From: an uncultured Flavobacteriales bacterium
GTDB lineage: Bacteria; Bacteroidota; Bacteroidia; Flavobacteriales_D; CAJJDF01
Length of the DNA: 64,000 bases
NCBI GenBank assembly: GCA_905182785.1
Contig: CAJJDF010000031.1
Location: 16 to 64,015 of the forward strand
Direction of reading: 5' to 3'
This document shows positions 57,923-64,000 of this stretch, in pieces (positions within the stretch are counted from its first letter, which is position 1; each line of letters starts with the position of its first letter). The notes under the pieces were generated by a model. It had not been told where the DNA came from, made no database searches, and saw nothing but the letters and a program-made list of their open reading frames with translations. Made by a program: the position numbers and the translations under genes.

Positions 57923-58795
57923 CTAGCTATTCAATGCTTCTGCTCCACCTACTATCTCAAGGATTTCGTTGGTAATAGATGCTTGTCTTGCTTTGTTGTA
58001 AGTCAATTTAAGGTCAAATAACATATCACCCGCATTATCAGTTGCTTTATGCATTGCTGTCATTCTTGCTCCATGTTCCCCGGCATTTGAATCCAACACT
58101 GCTTTGTATAATTGAATGTTAAGTGATTTAGGTACGATATCTTCTATTATTTTTTCTTTAGAAGGTGTAAATATGTAATCTGCATTACTTGTTGCTTCTC
58201 CTTCTACAGATTCGATTGGCAAAAATTGCTCAGTCATTATCGTTTGAGTCCCTGCGTTTACAAAGTGATTATAAACTAAAACTACTTTATCTACTTTTTC
58301 TTCTCTGTACAACTTCATTACCAATTCAGAAACTTCAGATGAAGAAGCGAAATTTAAGTTGTTGAACAACTCTTCTAAACCTGTTGGGATTTCAGAAAGA
58401 TTAGACTCAATATAATTTTTATTAGAAAACTCTTGTGCTTTTTTACCAATTGCCAAGAAGTTAATTTTAGCTCCTTCGTAATCTGGAGTTAAAGCCTTCA
58501 CTCTTTTAATCACATTGTTGTTAAACCCTCCACACAAACCTCTATTAGAAGTAACTGCGATAAACAAAACGCTTTTAATTTCTCTTTCTTGAGAGTAAAT
58601 ACCTTCCGAGCTATCCAAACTTGCACTTAAGTTGATCTGGATTTCTTGAAGTTTATTGGCATACGGTAATAATTGAGTAACTGCATCTTGAGCTCTTTTA
58701 AGCTTAGCTGCCGATACCATCTTCATTGCAGAAGTAATCTGCATGGTAGAGTTTACCGAGGTAATCCTATTTCGTATTTCTTTTAAATTCGCCAT
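57923..58795 (-). CDS. atpG: F0F1 ATP synthase subunit gamma
   Basis: N-terminus MANLKEIRNRI.SV..T.QIT.AMKMV and C-terminus ITNEILEIVGGAEAL. Confidence 0.95.
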   Translation of the reverse strand: MANLKEIRNRITSVNSTMQITSAMKMVSAAKLKRAQDAVTQLLPYANKLQEIQINLSASLDSSEGIYSQEREIKSVLFIAVTSNRGLCGGFNNNVIKRVKALTPDYEGAKINFLAIGKKAQEFSNKNYIESNLSEIPTGLEELFNNLNFASSSEVSELVMKLYREEKVDKVVLVYNHFVNAGTQTIMTEQFLPIESVEGEATSNADYIFTPSKEKIIEDIVPKSLNIQLYKAVLDSNAGEHGARMTAMHKATDNAGDMLFDLKLTYNKARQASITNEILEIVGGAEALNS

Positions 58796-58823
58796 TTTTA
58801 TTTAGATAATAGATGTTAGATTC

Positions 58824-58856
58824 AAAGATTATAGAAGCATAACCTCTATAATCTTT
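58824..58856 (-). promoter_or_regulatory. intercistronic perfect hairpin between atpA and atpG
   Basis: aaagattataga / tctataatcttt is a perfect 12-bp inverted repeat with a 9-nt loop. No T-run follows on the coding (minus) strand. Confidence 0.5.
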
Positions 58857-58891
58857 TCTCTTTTTTCTTGTTTCTAATTTCTCTTTATAAA

Positions 58892-60466
58892 CTAGTACTT
58901 AGCACTTAATTCAGCTGCTACTGCAGTCAATACATCTGTTGCTGCATCAGTATATTTACCCGCTTGCAATAGGTCTAATGTATCTCTGTGTTTAGCTTCT
59001 AAATAAGCGATATACTCTTCTTCAAATTGTTTTACTTTGTTCACTGGAACATTTCCAATCAACCCTTTAGTACCAACATAAAGAACAGCAATTTGGTGCT
59101 CTACAGATAATGGAGATCCTTCGTTTTGTTTCAATAACTCTACGTTTCTTGCTCCTTTGTCCAATACTGCTTTTGTACTGGCATCTAAGTCAGATCCAAA
59201 TTTAGCAAATGCTTCTAATTCTCTGTATTGTGCTTGATCCAGTTTCAATGTACCAGCCACTTTTTTCATTGACTTAATTTGTGCATTTCCTCCTACTCTC
59301 GATACAGAAATTCCTACGTTAATTGCAGGTCTTACTCCCGAGTTAAATAAATCTTGCTCTAAGAAAATTTGTCCATCCGTAATAGAAATTACGTTTGTTG
59401 GAATATAAGCAGATACATCTCCTGCTTGAGTTTCAATGATTGGTAGTGCCGTAATAGAACCTCCACCTTTTACCATTCCTTTCATAGATTCTGGTAAATC
59501 ATTCATGTTTTTAGCAATCTCATCAATCTCAATGATTTTTGCTGCTCTTTCAAGTAGCCTTGAGTGCAAGAAGAATACATCTCCTGGGTATGCTTCTCTT
59601 CCTGGAGGTCTCCTTAATAATAAAGAAACTTCACGGTAAGCAACTGCTTGTTTCGATAAATCATCAAAAACAATTAATGCTGGCCTACCAGTATCTCTAA
59701 AAAATTCTGCTACTGCTGCTCCTGTAAAAGGTGCATAATATTGTAAAGGTGCAGGATCTGATGCATTTGCTGCTACAATTGTAGTATAAGCCATTGCTCC
59801 AGCCTCTTCCAATTTATTAACGATTCCTGCAACTGTAGAAGCTTTTTGTCCTATAGCAACATAAACGCAATATACTGGTTCTCCTTTGTCAAAAAATTCT
59901 TTTTGGTTGATGATTGTATCAATCGCAACAGTCGTTTTTCCTGTTTGCTTATCTCCAATGATCAACTCTCTTTGCCCTCTTCCAATTGGAATCATAGCAT
60001 CAATTGCTTTAATTCCTGTTTGTAACGGCTCAGTTACTGGTTGTCTGTAAATTACACCTGGTGCTTTTCTTTCAATTGGCATTTCGTATAAATCACCTTC
60101 TATTGGTCCTTTTCCATCAATTGGAGCTCCCAAAGTATCAATTACCCTTCCTACAATTCCTTCTCCTGTTTGGATAGAAGCAATTTTCTTAGTTCTTTTT
60201 ACTGTTGCTCCTTCTCTTACTACTGGAGAAGAACCTAACAATACTGCACCTACATTATCTTCTTCAAGGTTTAGTACAATTGCTTGTAATCCATCTTCAA
60301 ATTCGATAAGCTCACCTGATTGTACGTTAGACAATCCGTGAATTCGTGCAACTCCATCACCTACTTGTAATACAGTTCCTACTTCCTCCAATTGAGCCTC
60401 AGATTTAAATCCTGATAATTGCTCTTTGATAATTGCAGATACTTCTGCTGGTTTTATTCCTGCCAT
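58892..60466 (-). CDS. atpA: F0F1 ATP synthase subunit alpha
   Basis: Walker A GDKQTGKT and overall alpha-subunit pattern, 524 aa. Confidence 0.97.
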   Translation of the reverse strand: MAGIKPAEVSAIIKEQLSGFKSEAQLEEVGTVLQVGDGVARIHGLSNVQSGELIEFEDGLQAIVLNLEEDNVGAVLLGSSPVVREGATVKRTKKIASIQTGEGIVGRVIDTLGAPIDGKGPIEGDLYEMPIERKAPGVIYRQPVTEPLQTGIKAIDAMIPIGRGQRELIIGDKQTGKTTVAIDTIINQKEFFDKGEPVYCVYVAIGQKASTVAGIVNKLEEAGAMAYTTIVAANASDPAPLQYYAPFTGAAVAEFFRDTGRPALIVFDDLSKQAVAYREVSLLLRRPPGREAYPGDVFFLHSRLLERAAKIIEIDEIAKNMNDLPESMKGMVKGGGSITALPIIETQAGDVSAYIPTNVISITDGQIFLEQDLFNSGVRPAINVGISVSRVGGNAQIKSMKKVAGTLKLDQAQYRELEAFAKFGSDLDASTKAVLDKGARNVELLKQNEGSPLSVEHQIAVLYVGTKGLIGNVPVNKVKQFEEEYIAYLEAKHRDTLDLLQAGKYTDAATDVLTAVAAELSAKY

Positions 60467-60490
60467 TTGTTTTATTATGTAATGGTTATA

Positions 60491-61024
60491 TTAATTTAAT
60501 GAAATCTCTTTTCTTAAGTTTTTAAATTTAGTTGCAATACTAGCATCTATTTGCTTATCTCCTACTTTCACAATAAATCCTCCAATCAAGGCTGGGTTTA
60601 TCATTTCTACCATCTCCACTTCTCCATCATGCTTTAATAAAGCAATAATACTTTTCTTTTGTTCTTCATCCAACTCAGTTGCAGAAGTTACCTCAGCAGT
60701 TACAATGTTTTTATTCGCCCTGTATTGAGTAATAAATTGTTGTGTTACTTCCGGTAGTATCTCTGTTCTTTTGTTTTTTGTCAAAAGACTGATGAAATTC
60801 ATTGTATCTGCATCAAATGTTTTACCAAAAAGCGCAGTGAAAATAGTGTTTTTCTCTTCTTCTTTTACTGTAGGATTCTTAATTAATGAACGTAAATCAG
60901 CACTTTCATTAATCGTATCAGATAGAACTTGCATGTTCCCATTTACAGCATCCAAGTTCCCTTTTTCAAGAGACAACTCTAACAATGCTTTTGCGTAACG
61001 GTTTGCTGTTTTACTGTTTTTCAT
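60491..61024 (-). CDS. atpH: F0F1 ATP synthase subunit delta (OSCP)
   Basis: 177 aa, with an N-terminal ANRYAKALLEL motif and the expected operon position. Confidence 0.85.
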   Translation of the reverse strand: MKNSKTANRYAKALLELSLEKGNLDAVNGNMQVLSDTINESADLRSLIKNPTVKEEEKNTIFTALFGKTFDADTMNFISLLTKNKRTEILPEVTQQFITQYRANKNIVTAEVTSATELDEEQKKSIIALLKHDGEVEMVEMINPALIGGFIVKVGDKQIDASIATKFKNLRKEISLN

Positions 61025-61042
61025 GTTGGCTAATTTGTGTGA

Positions 61043-61537
61043 TTAGTTTAAGTTTACTTCCTCTACTAATTCGTTTACCAATTGTTTTTGTTTGTCGTCT
61101 CCAGAAAGATTCCCTTTTACTATTTTCTCTGCAATATCAATTGACAAAGAAGCAACTTGGTTTTTAAGGTCAGCAATTGCTGATTTTCTTTCTGTTTCGA
61201 TTGCAGCTTTTGCGTTTACAATCATTTTTTCTCCTTCCGAAGTAGCTTCTTCTTTTGCTTTAGCAATGATTTCAGCTTTCATTTCTCTTGCTTCCTTCAT
61301 CAAAGAATCTCTTTCTTCTCTTGCTTCGTTCAACAATCTTTCGTTTGTTGAAGTCAAATTAGCCATTTCTTTTTTGGCTTCTTCTGCTGCATTCATTGCA
61401 TTTGTAATACTCTCCTCACGAGTATTTACTGCGCTTAAAATTGGCTTCCAAGCAAATTTTCTTAAAAGAATTAATAGCACAACAAAAGCTAATGTTGTCC
61501 AAAATATTAATCCAATACTAGGTGTTACTAAATCCAT
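61043..61537 (-). CDS. atpF: F0F1 ATP synthase subunit b
   Basis: Single N-terminal TM followed by a long Ala/Glu/Lys coiled coil. Confidence 0.85.
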   Translation of the reverse strand: MDLVTPSIGLIFWTTLAFVVLLILLRKFAWKPILSAVNTREESITNAMNAAEEAKKEMANLTSTNERLLNEAREERDSLMKEAREMKAEIIAKAKEEATSEGEKMIVNAKAAIETERKSAIADLKNQVASLSIDIAEKIVKGNLSGDDKQKQLVNELVEEVNLN

Positions 61538-61626
61538 AATGTCTGTGTTTACCTTATTAAAACAAAATTAAAAATTACAACCTCACAACCAACCGTTATG
61601 AGGCTATAAAAATTTGTTGGTGTAAA

Positions 61627-61845
61627 TTACCCTCCTAATCCTAGAAGTGCAACTACAATTCCAAATAGTCCAGCTCCTTCAATAAGTGCTGCTGCGATAA
61701 TCATTGCAGTTTGGATTTTTCCAGCCGCTTCAGGTTGTCTCGCGATACCTTCCATTGCAGATCCTCCAATCTTTCCAATTCCTAGACCAACTCCGATTAC
61801 TGCTAATCCAGCTCCGATTGCTGCTACGCTTCCTACTATTGCCAT
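61627..61845 (-). CDS. atpE: F0F1 ATP synthase subunit c
   Basis: 72-aa helical hairpin with an ARQPE loop and the ion-binding Glu in AALIEGAG. Confidence 0.9.
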   Translation of the reverse strand: MAIVGSVAAIGAGLAVIGVGLGIGKIGGSAMEGIARQPEAAGKIQTAMIIAAALIEGAGLFGIVVALLGLGG

Positions 61846-61904
61846 CTTGTTTTGTTTTGTGCCTACGTTTTTTTTGTGTAGACTGGTTTATAATTACTCT
61901 TTAA

Positions 61905-63002
61905 TTAATGCTGTTCTTCCACTGACATTCCAACAAATAATGCTGTCAGCAAAGTGAATATATAAGCTTGTAAGAAAGCAACTAGTACTTCCAATACAAA
62001 TATAAATAATGTTAATGCAAATGCTCCTGGCGAAACTGCCCATGCTGTTGCGTCTCCCGATCCTGCTTGTGCAACAAATATTAATGAGATAAGACTCAAA
62101 ATTACAATGTGACCTGCAGTAATGTTTGCGAACAAACGAACCATCAATGCAAATGGCTTTGTGAAAATTCCTACTATTTCTATCGGAATCATTAATGGCT
62201 TTAATGCCAATGGTACTGGAGGCCAGAAAATATGCTTCCAATAATTTTTATTTGCACTTGCCAGTGTTACTATCAAGGATATAAATGCTAACACAAAAGT
62301 TACTGCAATGTTTCCTGTTACGTTAAATCCTAGTGGCGTTAATCCTAAAATATTTAATACTAAAATGAAAAAGAAAATAGAAAGTAAAAAAGGAACAAAT
62401 CTCTTGTATTTTGCTTCTCCTATATTTTCTTTTGCTATATCATCTCTTACAAATACTACTAACGGCTCCATAAACCCTGTAAGCTTTTTTGGGATTCCTC
62501 CATTTTTCTTGTAGCTTCTTGCTACTGAAGTAAACACTAACAATAAGATTATCATTGTTAAGAAAATCCCTACAACACTTTTTGTTATTGAAAAGTCAAT
62601 TGGTTTTGCATTTGTTGTGTGCCCATCTTCTCCATGACTTACAAAAGAACCATGACTGTCAGCCGTTTCATTTGCATAATAAATCTTCCCGTGAGAATTT
62701 ATAAATTTCTGTCCGTTCTTTTCTACCACATGGTGACCTTCTTCATCGTGGTGAAATTCGCTAGACATAAAACTTACTATACCATTGTTTGTCCAAAGAA
62801 TTATTGGCAAAGGAATAGAGACTGAATTTTCTCCTTTTCCCCAAAAATGAATTTCGTGAGCATCAGAAATATGGTGCATAATTTCCGGAACCGGATCATA
62901 CTTTTCTGATTTTTCTACTTCGTGAGCTTCTGGTGCACTCGCTTTAGAGGCATTAAAACTTAGAATAAAAACGATACTTAAAAAGGCTATTTTTTTCAAC
63001 AT
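61905..63002 (-). CDS. atpB: F0F1 ATP synthase subunit a (with N-terminal extension)
   Basis: Conserved Arg motif VRLFANITAGH and C-terminal TMs. Confidence 0.9.
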   Translation of the reverse strand: MLKKIAFLSIVFILSFNASKASAPEAHEVEKSEKYDPVPEIMHHISDAHEIHFWGKGENSVSIPLPIILWTNNGIVSFMSSEFHHDEEGHHVVEKNGQKFINSHGKIYYANETADSHGSFVSHGEDGHTTNAKPIDFSITKSVVGIFLTMIILLLVFTSVARSYKKNGGIPKKLTGFMEPLVVFVRDDIAKENIGEAKYKRFVPFLLSIFFFILVLNILGLTPLGFNVTGNIAVTFVLAFISLIVTLASANKNYWKHIFWPPVPLALKPLMIPIEIVGIFTKPFALMVRLFANITAGHIVILSLISLIFVAQAGSGDATAWAVSPGAFALTLFIFVLEVLVAFLQAYIFTLLTALFVGMSVEEQH

Positions 63003-63091
63003 TATCTGTGGTTCCTTGAAATTTTATGCAAATGTATGGAAAAATATTTTATCAGAAAATAAAATAGAGGCTTAATCTAACGACTTCTCGG

Positions 63092-63463
63092 TTATTTTTT
63101 GCTCAACAGTCGTAAAGTGAAGACTGAAAGGAATATAATATACAAGAAATAGACTGCTGCAAAATGAATTCCTATAGCTTTTGGCTTATCAAACCCTTTT
63201 ACTAGTATTAAAATTAATGAGGCAGAAACCAGTAGTTTAATAGTTGATACTGCCAAAAAAGCAAACCCCAATTTATTAGGATCAAATGTAGATGTAGCAA
63301 TTAATAAGGCGCAACCTCCAAACGTTAATGCAAAAAGAATGGTATGAACCAATATTATATCTTGTAACGAGATAATATTAGAAAATGAATTAATCCCTGC
63401 ATGAATTAGAATGAAACTAATTGAAATAAATAGGGTCTGAAAAAATATTTTTTTATACATCAT
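63092..63463 (-). CDS. hypothetical 4-TM membrane protein (AtpI-like position)
   Basis: 123 aa with four hydrophobic helices. Its start overlaps the upstream stop (ATGA). Confidence 0.5.
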   Translation of the reverse strand: MMYKKIFFQTLFISISFILIHAGINSFSNIISLQDIILVHTILFALTFGGCALLIATSTFDPNKLGFAFLAVSTIKLLVSASLILILVKGFDKPKAIGIHFAAVYFLYIIFLSVFTLRLLSKK

Positions 63464-63681
63464 TTATTTAAGCTTGAAACCTCTTTTATTACTTTATACA
63501 ATCCGGCAAATACTCCAATTAACGAAAATAAAACTGTCATCCAGGGCGTTTCGCTTTGCAGCTTTGTGTCTAGGTACTTCCCAAGATAAACTCCTCCTAT
63601 AATGTAAACCAACATTTGAATTCCTATGGAAGAGAATCTTGCAAATATGTTTACTTTTTTAAGCTCATTTTTCTTCGTCAT
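63460..63681 (-). CDS. AtpZ/AtpI family small membrane protein
   Basis: GGVYLGKYLDTKL...PWMTVLFSLIGVFAGLY pattern, which I associate with the ATPase_gene1 family. Confidence 0.6.
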   Translation of the reverse strand: MTKKNELKKVNIFARFSSIGIQMLVYIIGGVYLGKYLDTKLQSETPWMTVLFSLIGVFAGLYKVIKEVSSLNK

Positions 63682-63835
63682 TGGGCAAGTTTTTTGTTAC
63701 TACATAATAAATCATCCCTGCCATGGCCAAAAGAATAAGTGTGATATACGGAAAGCTAGTTCCTACATATTTATCACAAAGAATTCCTCCAAAAAGTGCT
63801 GCTACAAATAAAAAGTAAAGTGGGGTTTTGTCCAT
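63665..63835 (-). CDS. unlisted 56-aa two-TM small ORF
   Basis: Hand translation gives MDKTPLYFLFVAALFGGILCDKYVGTSFPYITLILLAMAGMIYYVVTKNLPNDEEK*. Its ATG overlaps the bactofilin stop (TAATG) and its 3' end overlaps the atpZ start by 17 nt. It falls below the 60-aa ORF-track cut-off. Confidence 0.4.
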   Translation of the reverse strand: MDKTPLYFLFVAALFGGILCDKYVGTSFPYITLILLAMAGMIYYVVTKNLPNDEEK

Positions 63836-64000
63836 TAAGATTGTAGTTTAGAAACTGAAGAAGACATAGAGGTTAGTCCATTGTGCTCTGCACCTGTTTC
63901 CATAGATAATTTTTGAGTTATAACGTCACCTATGATTCTAGATGTGCTTTTTAAAGATAACAAACCGCTTACAGTGATGTTTCCAGTTATTGCCCCTTCA
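63835..64000 (-). CDS. bactofilin-like (polymer-forming cytoskeletal) protein, 3' end only
   Basis: Hand translation gives ..EGAITGNITVSGLLSLKSTSRIIGDVITQKLSMETGAEHNGLTSMSSSVSKLQS*. The G-x-I-x-G-x-(I/V) beta-helix periodicity is typical of bactofilins. The gene continues beyond the window. Confidence 0.55.
   Translation of the reverse strand, partial: EGAITGNITVSGLLSLKSTSRIIGDVITQKLSMETGAEHNGLTSMSSSVSKLQS

Overview
This is a 64-kb stretch of a low-GC Bacteroidota chromosome, most likely class Flavobacteriia. Supporting signals are gldC, several T9SS C-terminal sorting domains, TAnnTTTG promoter boxes, an atpBEFHAG operon without atpDC, and the purH-mreBCD and ftsX-DUF3098-uppP-truB gene orders. 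About 70 protein genes are packed on both strands, with one tRNA-Val(UAC). I saw no rRNA, CRISPR array, transposase, integrase or phage structural genes. Most content is housekeeping: uvrA, recO, queA, truB, dusB, ispD, thiL, purH, mreBCD, ftsX, uppP, an F-type ATP synthase operon, hmgA-hppD-kynA aromatic amino-acid catabolism, and envelope/LPS genes (flippase, Wzz-like, O-antigen ligase, LptF/G, GT2, M23 peptidase with DUF4292 and TPR partners). I found no clear defence or mobile system, so this looks largely like core genome. The parts most worth a second look are: (1) a 781-aa secreted fibre-like protein with three near-identical in-frame 156-bp tandem repeats and a C-terminal module that recalls phage tail-fibre domains, with no phage genes nearby; (2) an overlapping two-gene cassette, a predicted permuted papain-fold enzyme plus a 104-aa partner, next to an ECF sigma factor; (3) a lipoprotein CotH-CotH-beta-barrel operon; (4) three T9SS cargo genes beside the tRNA; (5) a sixA gene interrupted by one in-frame TGA; (6) -7 promoter boxes directly abutting start codons, suggesting leaderless mRNAs; (7) a nested inverted-repeat element and REP-like palindromes in two intergenic regions; (8) a chain of overlapping small membrane ORFs linking a bactofilin gene to the atp operon, including one ORF below the ORF-track cut-off. 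All family assignments come from motif recognition by eye. No database search was run.
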